Assembly: GCA_963664705.1 (NCBI GenBank)
Contig: OY761556.1
Coordinates: 6,560,001-6,624,000, forward strand
Origin: Acidobacteriota bacterium
GTDB lineage: Bacteria > Acidobacteriota > UBA6911
Direction of reading: 5' to 3'
DNA length: 64,000 nucleotides
The position numbers and the translations under genes are program-made. This document shows positions 31,564 to 41,654 of the stretch, piece after piece; the stretch's first letter is position 1; every line of letters begins with the position of its first letter. The notes under the pieces are model-generated. The model saw nothing but the letters and a program-made list of their open reading frames with translations. It was not told where the DNA came from and did no database searches.

Positions 31564-31595
31564 ACGGCAGGCCGTCGGGAATGCAGACCTGCCGT
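31564..31595. terminator. Hairpin between convergent P-II and amt genes
   Basis: acggcagg / cctgccgt inverted repeat. Confidence 0.4.
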
Positions 31596-31614
31596 AAGGA
31601 TGGTATTTCCCCAA

Positions 31615-32933
31615 TTATTCCGCAACGGGTTCGGTTAAGGGGAATAGCCTGCCCTCTGTCGGCTCGGATTTTGTGTTTCCGCCAATTGTCGGATTTCCTG
31701 CTACCAGGTCCTGCTCGGGATATGCGCTGACATGATGAATCGACAAATCGGAGCCCCGGAATTCCTCTTCCCGCGTCAGGCGGATCCCGACGGTGTGTTT
31801 GAGTGCAAGGTAGACGACCGAGCCGAGTGCCGATGCGTAAACGACGGCTGCGGCCGTACCGGATAGCTGAGCCAGGAAACTGACGCCTCCGAGTCCTCCC
31901 AGTTGCTTGTAGCCGAAAATGCCCGCGGCAATGCCGCCCCAGGAACCTGCAACCCCATGCAGGGGCCACACCCCAAGGACATCATCGATTTTCAGCCGTT
32001 CCGTTTCGATCTTGTACCCATAGACAAATATGAGTGCGCCCACTCCGCCGATGAAGAAAGCGCCGAAGGGATGCACGATATCCGAGCCCGCGCAGATGGC
32101 AATCAAGCCGGCAAGTGCGCCGTTGTGGGCAAAGCCGGGGTCATTCCGCGAGAAGACAATGGCGAACAGGACGCCGCCCACCATCGCAAAGAGGGAATTG
32201 ACTGCAACCAGGCCGCTGATCCCCTCGAATCGCTGAGCGCTCATGACGTTGAAGCCAAACCAGCCAATCGCGAGAATCCAACTGCCAAGCGAGAGGTAGG
32301 GGATGTTTGAAGCCGGAATGCCGATGCTTTTCCCGTTAACCCAGCGTCCAAGCCTCTGTCCCAGAATGATGACGGCGGGCAACGCCAGCCAGCCGCCCAT
32401 CGAATGGACAACGACCGATCCGGCAAAATCGTGGAAAGTTGCTCCGGAAAAGTTGTGAATCCAGTTCTGGAAAAGCTCAGTCTTCCCCAGATCAGCGCCT
32501 CGAAAAACGGATAGCCTACACCGGTAAAGATTCCGCCCGCCAGAACCTGCGGCCAGAAGCGGGAGCGCTCGGCGATGCCGCCCGAAATAATTGCAGGAAT
32601 ACATGCGGCAAATGTCGTTAGAAAGAAGCAGTGCAGAAGGTCGAACCCGCGTGCGCCTTCAGCCGGAGATCCGTTGATCATGTTCAGAATCGACCCGGCG
32701 CCCGCCCAGAATGAAATGCCGTAGGCAATCGGGAAACCAATCAGAAAATAGGCCAGCGTTGAAACCGACCAATCGGTGAATATTTTTACGAGAGCATTCA
32801 CCTGGTTCTTGGTCCGGACGGAGCCTGCTTCCAGAAAGGCAAAACCCGCGTGCATGGAAAAGATCATGACCGCGCCGATCATCAGGAAAAGAGCATCCGC
32901 GCTGTAGCGTATGGTCTGAAGCGGTTCGTTCAT
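31615..32933 (-). pseudogene. amtB: Ammonium transporter (Amt), frameshifted near 32485-32488 (true lesion or sequencing error)
   Basis: N-half (MHAGFAFLEAG, ISGGIAER) and C-half (DFAGSVVVH, GWFGFN, DDVLGVWPLHG) are in different frames. One extra G in TGGGGAAG restores IWGKTELFQ and gives a 439-aa protein. Confidence 0.85.
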
Positions 32934-33015
32934 TGCACCTCCTGTATTCATTGCGTGCACCCCTGCATTCAATTCACACCCTGTGAGACAGACTTGGATT
33001 CAAATAGACCTGAAA

Positions 33016-33032
33016 TGCAAAATATGGGCCGG
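33016..33032 (-). promoter_or_regulatory. Putative sigma54 (-24/-12) promoter for amt
   Basis: Minus strand CCGGCCCATATTTTGCA (GG-N10-GC), with an AT-rich tract further upstream, as expected for an Ntr-regulated gene. Confidence 0.45.
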
Positions 33033-33267
33033 AGATGGCGGGAGGTTTATAAATCCTATAAGTATATGAATATAATTGCCTTATGTGTTGGGATGCTGTT
33101 GATTGGATAGTTCTTATTTATGACGGAAATGTCATGTTGCCGGTATGCCATACAAATATGTAGGCTGGCAGGGGCCTGCAGGCCCGGCAGATGAGCGGTA
33201 ATCGGACTGCGCGAAAGATCTTTTTATACAAAAATGTTTGACGGTTCACATGGTTGACATAATTGTA

Positions 33268-33309
33268 GGATTCCAGATTTCAGATTCCGGATTCCAGATT
33301 CCAGATTTC
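33268..33309. repeat. Heptamer tandem repeat (RGATTYC)6
   Basis: ggattcc agatttc agattcc ggattcc agattcc agatttc, next to the permease stop codon; reverse complement of the 20200 family. Confidence 0.85.
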
Positions 33310-33313
33310 TGTC

Positions 33314-34528
33314 TCATTCGTGCCGGAGCGCTTCGATCGGATCCAACTGTGCCGCTTTGCGCGCAGGGAAGAAGCCGAATAGAACTCCTACCAAAGCCGA
33401 GAAAATGAATGAAAAGGCTGCCATCTGCACATCAGGGATGAACGGCACATCCAGAAGCTTGGAAACGAGGACCGAGGATCCCATTCCCATGGCTATCCCA
33501 ATCACGCCGCCCAGGGAGGAGAGAACGACGGCCTCCACCAGGAATTGCATCATGACATCATGTTCGAAGGCGCCGATGGCGAGGCGCACTCCGATCTCCC
33601 GCGTGCGCTCTGTTACGGAAACGAGCATGATGTTCATGATGCCGATGCCGCCAACCAGGAGGCTGACGGCGGCAACGGCTCCAAGCAGCATGGTCAGGAG
33701 TTTTGTGGTGCCGGTCAGCGTACTCAGCAGTTGCTGTGGGTCTCGAACGGTGAAATCGTCCTCCTGGTTGACCTGGATGTTCCTGCGCTGACGCAGCAGG
33801 CGTTCGATGTCGGACCGAACCTTATCCGGATCGGAGTTCTCGCGTCGGGCGACCAGGAGTTCGCCGATGTATCGATTGCCGGAAATGCGTCGCTGAAAAG
33901 TATGCAGCGGGATCAAAACGAGATCGTCCTGATCCATCCCCATGCCTGACTGGCCTTTTGTCTCGAGCACGCCTGCTATCTGGCATGAGATGGATTGCAG
34001 GCGCACGGTGGCGCCCACGGGGTCTTTGTCGCCAAACAGCTGTTTCCGTACCGTCGCACCGATAATGCACACGGCTCCGCCCGACTGCAACTCAGCTTCG
34101 GAAAACTCTCTCCCGCCCGACAGAACCCAGCTCCGGACGCTCAGGTAGTTGTTATCCGTTCCGTAAACGGTGGAAGACCAGTTGGCATTTCCGTAGATGA
34201 CTTGCATGGATTTTGAAGTTGTCGGAGCAACGGCGCTTACGCCGGCTACTTCGTCCTTCAGCGCCTCGATGTCGCTTGAGTCAAATTGTCGGGCTTCTTC
34301 TCGAATGCCGCCACCTCCTCCGCGCCGTTCCTGGCCTGGCATGATCATGATCGTGTTTGTTCCCAGGCTGGAGATATTCGAGCTGACTTGCGCGGTTGCG
34401 CCATTTCCCAGTGTCACCATGATGATGACGGCGGCAACTCCGATGATGATGCCCAGCACGGTCAGGGATGATCGCATCACATTCCGACGGATGGCGGCCA
34501 GTGCGAGTAATATGGCATTCCAAAGCAT
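33314..34528 (-). CDS. MacB-type ABC transporter permease
   Basis: RSSLTVLGIIIGVAAVI..GGIGIMNIMLVSVTERTREIGVR..LDPIEALRHE. Confidence 0.95.
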   Translation of the reverse strand: MLWNAILLALAAIRRNVMRSSLTVLGIIIGVAAVIIMVTLGNGATAQVSSNISSLGTNTIMIMPGQERRGGGGGIREEARQFDSSDIEALKDEVAGVSAVAPTTSKSMQVIYGNANWSSTVYGTDNNYLSVRSWVLSGGREFSEAELQSGGAVCIIGATVRKQLFGDKDPVGATVRLQSISCQIAGVLETKGQSGMGMDQDDLVLIPLHTFQRRISGNRYIGELLVARRENSDPDKVRSDIERLLRQRRNIQVNQEDDFTVRDPQQLLSTLTGTTKLLTMLLGAVAAVSLLVGGIGIMNIMLVSVTERTREIGVRLAIGAFEHDVMMQFLVEAVVLSSLGGVIGIAMGMGSSVLVSKLLDVPFIPDVQMAAFSFIFSALVGVLFGFFPARKAAQLDPIEALRHE

Positions 34529-34543
34529 CCTGCCCTCCTTTTT

Positions 34544-35296
34544 CTAGCTTGCAGCCTGGACTTCCGGTGCTGCATAGATGTCGGACGATACCAGTCCGTC
34601 GCGGAAGAGAATGATCCGACTGGCATAGGCCGCCATGTCCGGTTCGTGCGTGACCATGATGACGCTTATCTTTTCCTCGCGATTCAGCCGCGTCAGCAGG
34701 TCCATGATTTCCCGGCTGCGCGCTGAATCCAGGTTCCCCGTCGGTTCGTCCGCAAGCAGAACAGCCGGGTCTGTGACAATGGCGCGGGCGATGGCGACTC
34801 GCTGCTGCTGTCCACCGGACAGTTGAGCGGGAGTGTGGGCTTCCCAGCCTTTGAGCCCCACCAGTTCCAGCGCGTGATTGGAGAGCCTGCGCCGCTCATT
34901 TTTTTTCATGCCGCGGTACATCAGCGGCAATTCCACGTTCTCCAATGCCGAGGTTCGGGCCAGCAGGTTGAATCCCTGGAAGACAAATCCGAGATAATGC
35001 CGTCGCAGCCGGGCCCGCTGCATCCGTGTCAACTGGCCGATGTCGACTCCTTTGAATAAAAACGCGCCACCGCTTGGTGTGTCCAGGCAGCCGAGGATAT
35101 TCATACAGGTTGATTTGCCTGAGCCGCTCGGTCCCATGATGGCCACGAACTCCCCGTTCGCGATTTGGAAATCTACCCCGGCCAGGGCCATGACGGCTGC
35201 ATCCCCTTGGCCATAGACTTTCGTGACACTCCTGAATTCCATCAGGGGTTCCTCGCCCATAACCGCTTTTCCAGGGTCTGCATTTATTGATCTCAT
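34544..35296 (-). CDS. ABC transporter ATP-binding protein (LolD/MacB-like)
   Basis: GPSGSGKST, LSGGQQQRVAIARA, LLADEPTGNLD; start overlaps the MFP stop. Confidence 0.95.
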   Translation of the reverse strand: MRSINADPGKAVMGEEPLMEFRSVTKVYGQGDAAVMALAGVDFQIANGEFVAIMGPSGSGKSTCMNILGCLDTPSGGAFLFKGVDIGQLTRMQRARLRRHYLGFVFQGFNLLARTSALENVELPLMYRGMKKNERRRLSNHALELVGLKGWEAHTPAQLSGGQQQRVAIARAIVTDPAVLLADEPTGNLDSARSREIMDLLTRLNREEKISVIMVTHEPDMAAYASRIILFRDGLVSSDIYAAPEVQAAS

Positions 35297-36582
35297 TTTT
35301 CCACCTTTAGCGTGTCCACCACCAGGGGAGTGCCGGATTGAATTTCGTTGGTAATGATTTCCGTCCATTTGCCATTTGTGATGCCGGTCTTCACCGTGAC
35401 AGGGACGGGTTGTTGATTTTTGAGTATCCAGACGCGCGGTCCGGAGTGTTCTTCCTCCTGGCCCTTGGAAGCGGAGGGCCTTGGCGGCGGACCGGGCATT
35501 ATCCTCTGGATAAGACTGCGCTGATCTGTCTGCTGAGCAGAGGCAGTGATCGCGGGAGTAAAACGCAGTGCAATGTTGGGCGCCAGCAGCGCGTTTCTGA
35601 CCGACTGCACGGTGATGGCGGCAGTGGCTGTCATCCCGGGCCGCAGGCTGAGATCATTGTTGTCAACCGAGATAATGGCCGTGTAGGTGACCACGTTATT
35701 TGTTGTCGTCGAGGCATAGCGCACCTGGATGATTTTGCCGGGGAACTGACGGCCCGGGTAGGCGTCGACGGTGAAGAAGACTTTCTGCCCTTCTTTCACA
35801 AGCCCGATGTCTGCCTCATCGATGTTTACCTCGAGCTTCATCCTGGTCAGATCTTCCGCAAGCTCAAACATGGTGGCTACGGAGAAGGATGCCTGGATTG
35901 TCTGCCCCGGCTCGACATTCCGTGAAAGCACTACGCCGTCCACCGGAGATTTGATTACGGCTTTCCTGATATCCGTTTCATTTTGGGCAAGCGTTGCTTC
36001 CGCCTTGTCCACGGAGGCCTGCCTGTTGGTAACCGCTACCCTGGCTCGCTCATAATTGGCCTTGGCCGTGTCCACGTCGGTCTGAGCTGGCAGTTGTCCA
36101 TTCGATCGGGCTCTTGCATCCAGGATGCGTTTGTATTCGTGTTCCTTTTCTTCCAGCGTTACCTGTGCGTCCTGAACATCGGCGCGGGCAGAGGCGAGGG
36201 AAGCTTTTGCCTGCAGAACCGCCTGCTGCAGTTTTTCCAGGTTTATCTTTGCCAATACCTGTCCGACTTTGACCGGGCTGTTGTAGGTAACCTCCACGGA
36301 GTCGATGGTTCCCGACACTTCACTGCCGACATTGACGGTATTGGTGGGTTTCAATTGCCCGGTTGCCGTGACGGTAACGGTCAAATCTCCCAGGCGTGCG
36401 GTTTCCATTCGATACTGAATGGGAGGTTCCGCCGCCGGCTTGAGTTTTTTCACCGCAAAACCTCCGGTGGCACCGAGCGCCATCAGGATAAGCAGCCAAA
36501 GCACGCGCTTTTTCCAGCGGCCATTGCGATCCGCTACTCCCAGCACCTTGTGGATATCCTTTTGTTCTGAGTTCTTTCGCAT
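35293..36582 (-). CDS. MacA-type periplasmic adaptor (MFP)
   Basis: VGSEVSG, lipoyl/coiled-coil, IKSPVDGVV, LRPGMTA. Confidence 0.93.
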   Translation of the reverse strand: MRKNSEQKDIHKVLGVADRNGRWKKRVLWLLILMALGATGGFAVKKLKPAAEPPIQYRMETARLGDLTVTVTATGQLKPTNTVNVGSEVSGTIDSVEVTYNSPVKVGQVLAKINLEKLQQAVLQAKASLASARADVQDAQVTLEEKEHEYKRILDARARSNGQLPAQTDVDTAKANYERARVAVTNRQASVDKAEATLAQNETDIRKAVIKSPVDGVVLSRNVEPGQTIQASFSVATMFELAEDLTRMKLEVNIDEADIGLVKEGQKVFFTVDAYPGRQFPGKIIQVRYASTTTNNVVTYTAIISVDNNDLSLRPGMTATAAITVQSVRNALLAPNIALRFTPAITASAQQTDQRSLIQRIMPGPPPRPSASKGQEEEHSGPRVWILKNQQPVPVTVKTGITNGKWTEIITNEIQSGTPLVVDTLKVEK

Positions 36583-38132
36583 TAGGAAATCTCCTTGCCG
36601 CGATTATCTTCCTCCTGCGCCGGAGCGAACGGGCTGACAACGACGGCATCGGACGCGGTTTGCATGCCGGTCAAGCCACCCGTCGGCGCAGCCTGGTTCC
36701 ATCCGCCTCCCAGGGATTTGTAGAGGCGCACCAGGTTTTCTGCAATCGAGGCATTGCTCTGAGTCCATTGATTCTGAAGATTCAGAAGGGATCTTTGCGT
36801 TTCCAGCACATTCAAGTAATCTTTCAGCCCGACGGAATACAGCTCCTTGGACATTTCGGCGGCATGCTCTGCCGCGTTCACGGCCTGTGCCAGGGTGTTC
36901 CGTCGTTCCTGTTCCTTCGCAAAGGATTGCAATGCATCTTCTACATCCTTGACGGCAGTCAGTACCGTCTCTTCGTATGTCGTCAGGTATTGATCCAGCA
37001 CGGCGTCCTGTACCTTGATCTGTTCCCGAATTTTCTGCCGGCTGAAAAGCGTCTGTTGAATCGAGCCGGCGAGGCTGGATACGATGGCTGAAGGGGTCAG
37101 ATTCCAGACTCGCAGCGCACTCATGCCAAAAGAGCCGGACAGAGTGAATGTGGGATAAAGATTCAGGTTGGCTGCGCCCACACGCGCGGCCTGGGCCGCA
37201 ACCTTCTGCTCCGCGCTACGGATATCGGGGCGGCGGCGCAGCAGATCGGCCGGCAACCCGATGGCCACTTCCAGCGGGATTTGTGGAATGGACTGGATGG
37301 TTGCCAGTTCCTTGTCGAGTGCGCCCGGACGTTCGCCTAGCAGCAATGCCAGGCTGTTCATGGATTTTTGCAGGCTGGTTTCCAGCGTTGGAATCTCGGA
37401 GCGTGTGGACTCCACCGTCATGCGGGCTTGCTCGGCATCCAGTTGTGTGGCGAGACCGCTGTCGGCGCGCGCCTGGGTCAGCCGGTATGTCTCCTCCTGC
37501 GATGACAGGTTGCTCCGGGTTGTAGCCAGTTGGGCCTGGTAGGATCGAATATCGATATAGTTCAGGGCAACTTCCGCGACAAGGCTGACCAGGGTATCCC
37601 GCAGATCTTCCTGGGTTGCCGCCAGGTCGGCATCGTATGCCTGGAGATTCTGCCGCGTTCGATGAAAGAAATCCGCTTCCCAGCTCGCGTCGACATTCAG
37701 GCCATAGGATTGTCCATAATTGCCTCCCGTCTGGGAACTGCTCCGGTTTCCGTTTGCAGACGCTCCGGCCGCTACGGATGGAAGTCCCCCTGCTGCGGCC
37801 ACATTGCGTTGCGCCCGCGCCTGCCGGATCGCCGCATCCGCCTTGCGCAAACTCAGATTGCCTTTCACGGCTCGCTCTTCCAGCGATGCCAGCAGTGGAT
37901 CGTTGAACCCTGTCCACCACTGAGACAAGGCTGCCTCATCGATGGCAGCGATCATTGCGCCTCCCGCAGGCTGCGTATTCCACTGCGAGTTCTGATCCAC
38001 CTTTGGCGTTGCCGGCGGTTGGTATTTCGCCCTGGCTTTGATGCAACCGGTCAGATTGAGAGCCAGTCCGATGACAGCAATTCCCGTAAGAAGTTGCTTT
38101 TTTGCCCGGTGAGATTCCGCATGCTGAAACAT
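36582..38132 (-). CDS. NodT/OprM-family outer-membrane efflux lipoprotein
   Basis: Lipobox LTGC, WW..FNDP.L, PADLLRRRPDIR, LYKSLGGGW. Confidence 0.95.
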   Translation of the reverse strand: MFQHAESHRAKKQLLTGIAVIGLALNLTGCIKARAKYQPPATPKVDQNSQWNTQPAGGAMIAAIDEAALSQWWTGFNDPLLASLEERAVKGNLSLRKADAAIRQARAQRNVAAAGGLPSVAAGASANGNRSSSQTGGNYGQSYGLNVDASWEADFFHRTRQNLQAYDADLAATQEDLRDTLVSLVAEVALNYIDIRSYQAQLATTRSNLSSQEETYRLTQARADSGLATQLDAEQARMTVESTRSEIPTLETSLQKSMNSLALLLGERPGALDKELATIQSIPQIPLEVAIGLPADLLRRRPDIRSAEQKVAAQAARVGAANLNLYPTFTLSGSFGMSALRVWNLTPSAIVSSLAGSIQQTLFSRQKIREQIKVQDAVLDQYLTTYEETVLTAVKDVEDALQSFAKEQERRNTLAQAVNAAEHAAEMSKELYSVGLKDYLNVLETQRSLLNLQNQWTQSNASIAENLVRLYKSLGGGWNQAAPTGGLTGMQTASDAVVVSPFAPAQEEDNRGKEIS

Positions 38133-38396
38133 GGCTGCACTCCTTAAAAGACCTCAAAGTCCAACTGCGCTGATCGGTCTATTTCTTCGCCTTCACTGAC
38201 AATTACGCAAAGAAGCCCCGCCAAAACGTAAAGGTTTGTTAAATCTATTAAAATGCTTTAATCGTCAGGATTTGCAGTGGCGGATTGCCTGTGCTCCGTT
38301 TTGCGTTGCTTGTGATTGGCGGGCCTGAGATACTCATCCCCAAAAATAAAACCCGGTTGATGGCTGTCCGAAAGAGCTGTTTTCAGAGGTATTGAT

Positions 38397-40622
38397 ATGG
38401 CACGGAGCGGGATGCATGGAGCAATGCGAGCAGGCTATAGCGCATTGCTGGTGATTCTGGTTGGCGGGATTTTGGTATCCGACTTGAGAGCGCAGGAGTC
38501 GAGCGCGGCTGAAACAGGCGAGGTCGGGTACAGGGTTGCTCCTGTGCGATCGCGCATTGTGCTGGACGGCCTTTTGTCCGAATCAGATTGGGTCGATGCT
38601 CGACCGATTGGAATGATTCGCCAGCGCGAGCCGCATCAGGGCGAACCCGCTTCAGAGCGAACCGAAGTCAAGCTTCTATTTGATGATCGAAATATCTACG
38701 TCGGCATCCAGTGTTTCGACGCAGAGCCGGGCCGTATTATTGCGACGCAGATGGCCAGGGATTCGGATCTGGCCATGGATGACAAGGTTGAAATTCTGTT
38801 CGACACTTTCCACGATCATCGCAATGCGTTTTATTTTGCAACTAATCCTGCCGGTTCCCTGGTGGACGGACTGATCATCGAGAATGGTCAGATCATGAAT
38901 CTGGAGTGGGATGCAATATGGGATGTTCGAACAACGAGGTCCGAGCAGGGGTGGAGCGCCGAGTTTGCGATTCCATTCAAAACCCTCAGTTTCAAAGCCG
39001 GTCAGAAGGCATGGGGCTTTAATTTTTCCCGCACGATTAAGAGGAAGTTTGAGGAAGATCGGTGGGCCTCGCCTCGCCTGGATACGACCTTTCAACAGGT
39101 TTCCCAGGCCGGAAAAATTGAGGGGCTGGCGGAGGTGGCCCAGGGATTAGGAATCGACATTCGCCCCTATGGTTCCGGCGATGCCATTCACTATGGCGAT
39201 ACTCAATCGAGTGCGCTGGCAGGCAAGGGGGGTGGCGATGTTTTTTACAGCCTTACTCCCAGCCTCAAGTGGTCGACCACGTTTAATACCGATTTCGGCG
39301 AGACGGAGGTGGATGATCGCCAGATCAATCTGACGCGCTTCCCCCTGTTTTTTCCCGAAAAACGAGCCTTCTTCCTGGAAAATACGGGAGTTTTCGATTT
39401 TGGAGTCATTCCCGGTCAGTTCTTTTCAGAGTTGATGCCATTCTTCAGCCGTAAAATCGGGCTGGTGGGAGATCAGGAGATTCCGCTATCGGTGGGAACG
39501 AAATTGACCGGCAAAGCCGGGCGTTTCGATATCGGGATCATGGATGTACAAACGCGCGCCGCCGGGGATATCGACAGCAAAAATCTTCTGGTTACGCGTG
39601 TAAAGAGAAACCTGTTCAGCCAGTCCTACATAGGAGGGATGTTTACCAACGGCAATCCTACTGAAGCGTCATCGTCCCAGACGTATGGCTTTGATCTGAA
39701 CCTGGCGACGTCAAACTTTGCTGGATCGGGAAAGAATTTAAAGGTGACCACCTATCTCCTCAAGACCTCCAACGAGGGGATCAAGGGCAAGGACCGCTCG
39801 TATGGCTTTGCTGTTAATTATCCGAACGACTTGTGGAACTTGGGATTCGAGTGGGGTACGGTCGAGGAGAATTTTGAGCCGGCAATGGGCTTCGTTCTGC
39901 GCGGCAACACGCGCAAGATTCGGATTGATGCGGTCTTCTCGCCAAGGCCCAGGAATTTTCTCAACCTCCGTCAGATGTACCACGAGTTCCGCTTCTACCG
40001 GTATGTGCGGCTGGATTACGGGCAGACGGAGAGTTGGCAATTTCTCACTGCTCCGATCAATTATAGATTCAATTCGGGCGATCGCCTGGAATTTGACTAT
40101 GCACCCGAATTTCAGAGGCTTTTTGAAAATTTTGAAATTTCCAAGGGTGTGACATTGCCGTCGGGCACTTACCGCTTTACGCGCTACCGGGCGGAGTGGG
40201 AAAGCGCATCCAAGAGAAAATGGGAGGCCTTTATGACCTGGTGGTTTGGTACGTACTATTCGGGTACCGCCGACCAGATCTCAACCACCTTTTCCTATAA
40301 GCTGGCGCCGCACCTGCAAACCAGCATTGGTTTGAATCAGACCTTCGGCAGATTGAAGGAAGGCAACTTTGTGGCACGCATTTATAGCTGGAAAGCCAAC
40401 TACTCCTTCACGCCGTTCCTTACGCTTTATAACCTTGTCCAATTCGATAACGAGACGAGGAATCTGGGATGGCAGAGTCGTTTGCGCTGGATTGTGAAAC
40501 CCGGGAATGACCTTTTCCTGGTGTTCAATCAGGGGTGGATTCAGGATGAACAAAACGATTTTAAGTTTCGAATGACCGACCGCAAACTATCTTTCAAGAT
40601 TCAATATACATTTAGACTCTAA
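38397..40622 (+). CDS. Outer-membrane protein with CBM9-like N-terminus (DUF5916-like)
   Basis: Signal peptide, LDG.L.E..W, WSAEFAIPF, NTDFGETEVD..NLTRFPLFFPEKRAFFLE, beta-barrel-type C-terminus YTFRL. Confidence 0.8.
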   Translation: MARSGMHGAMRAGYSALLVILVGGILVSDLRAQESSAAETGEVGYRVAPVRSRIVLDGLLSESDWVDARPIGMIRQREPHQGEPASERTEVKLLFDDRNIYVGIQCFDAEPGRIIATQMARDSDLAMDDKVEILFDTFHDHRNAFYFATNPAGSLVDGLIIENGQIMNLEWDAIWDVRTTRSEQGWSAEFAIPFKTLSFKAGQKAWGFNFSRTIKRKFEEDRWASPRLDTTFQQVSQAGKIEGLAEVAQGLGIDIRPYGSGDAIHYGDTQSSALAGKGGGDVFYSLTPSLKWSTTFNTDFGETEVDDRQINLTRFPLFFPEKRAFFLENTGVFDFGVIPGQFFSELMPFFSRKIGLVGDQEIPLSVGTKLTGKAGRFDIGIMDVQTRAAGDIDSKNLLVTRVKRNLFSQSYIGGMFTNGNPTEASSSQTYGFDLNLATSNFAGSGKNLKVTTYLLKTSNEGIKGKDRSYGFAVNYPNDLWNLGFEWGTVEENFEPAMGFVLRGNTRKIRIDAVFSPRPRNFLNLRQMYHEFRFYRYVRLDYGQTESWQFLTAPINYRFNSGDRLEFDYAPEFQRLFENFEISKGVTLPSGTYRFTRYRAEWESASKRKWEAFMTWWFGTYYSGTADQISTTFSYKLAPHLQTSIGLNQTFGRLKEGNFVARIYSWKANYSFTPFLTLYNLVQFDNETRNLGWQSRLRWIVKPGNDLFLVFNQGWIQDEQNDFKFRMTDRKLSFKIQYTFRL

Positions 40623-40717
40623 CGTGGTGAGTCAGAATTCCTTTGCTATTTGGAATTCCTGTTTTAGCGCCTATGATTGTGCAACATGGCCTGTTCAGGT
40701 AAAAAGGAAAAGAAAAA

Positions 40718-40790
40718 CTTGGAGTTTGGGTGTGGAAACCCGGAAGGAGCCCGGAGGGCGACCGAAGGGTTTCTACTCCCAAACTCCAAG
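40718..40790. other. 24-bp stem hairpin with a structured loop upstream of the DUF1670-like pair
   Basis: cttggagtttgggtgtggaaaccc / gggtttctactcccaaactccaag (22/24 paired); loop contains GA-GCCC-GGA-GGGC-GA. Confidence 0.85.
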
Positions 40791-40835
40791 CGCGGATGCA
40801 CTCGGATAGCACAGTCCTACATATTGAAGGCGCCC

Positions 40836-41654
40836 ATGATCAATAACACCAACCTTTCTCACTGGAACAGACTCCAAGCGAAGAGCCTTGACGCTCAATT
40901 TGTTAATGAGATGATTACCGGCCTTAACTGCTCTCCTTTCGAGGCGGAAGCTATTGTAGAGAAAGTTCATGAGGTTTACGTGCCGCTGTTTCAGACGGCG
41001 CAGGGACTTAAGCCGGGTCAGATTCAAGTGGCCGTGATCGATGCTTCGGTAGCGCCTAATGTGCCACTGGCAAAAGCCAAGCAGAGACTGGTAACCCTGA
41101 CCCTTCATGCAGGTACCGAAGATATCGAGACTCGAAAAAGGGGATCCGTACCAGCTCTTCGTCAGAAACGATTGTGCCGCATGTGCCAAGAAGCATTTCA
41201 GCAAGGGGGATTGTTGACCTTGGAGGATTTGGCCAATCTGTTCAATTGCGGCGTCCGCACTCTGGTGAACGACCTGGCGGCCTTGCGCAAACAGAGCATT
41301 GTGCCTCCTCTGCGCTCTACGACCAAGGATATGGGCCGCGCCATCACCCATCGCCAACTGATTATCACGCTCTGGATGCAAGGGCTTGAGTACTCCGAAA
41401 TCGCCCGTAAGACCAATCACACCATCGACTCCGTAGCCAACTACGTGGATAAGTTTAAACGCTGTGCAGCCCTGTTTGTTTCTGGATTTGACGTGGATAC
41501 AGTTGCTCTGATGGTAAAGCTTTCAACGCCTCTGACCAAGGAATTTCAGCGTATCCACTCCGCTTGCCACGGGACTCCTCACCGTCTTCGGGAATTGGAA
41601 GATTTCCTCAAAAAAAACCGCATACCAAGCCTGCGCGGGAGGAAACGGTCATGA
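40836..41654 (+). CDS. DUF1670-like HTH-containing protein A
   Basis: LKPGQ..VTLTL..RMCQEAFQQGGLLTLEDL..KDMGRAITHR..EIARKTNHTIDSVANY; ATG 40836 after GAAGG. Confidence 0.75.
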   Translation: MINNTNLSHWNRLQAKSLDAQFVNEMITGLNCSPFEAEAIVEKVHEVYVPLFQTAQGLKPGQIQVAVIDASVAPNVPLAKAKQRLVTLTLHAGTEDIETRKRGSVPALRQKRLCRMCQEAFQQGGLLTLEDLANLFNCGVRTLVNDLAALRKQSIVPPLRSTTKDMGRAITHRQLIITLWMQGLEYSEIARKTNHTIDSVANYVDKFKRCAALFVSGFDVDTVALMVKLSTPLTKEFQRIHSACHGTPHRLRELEDFLKKNRIPSLRGRKRS

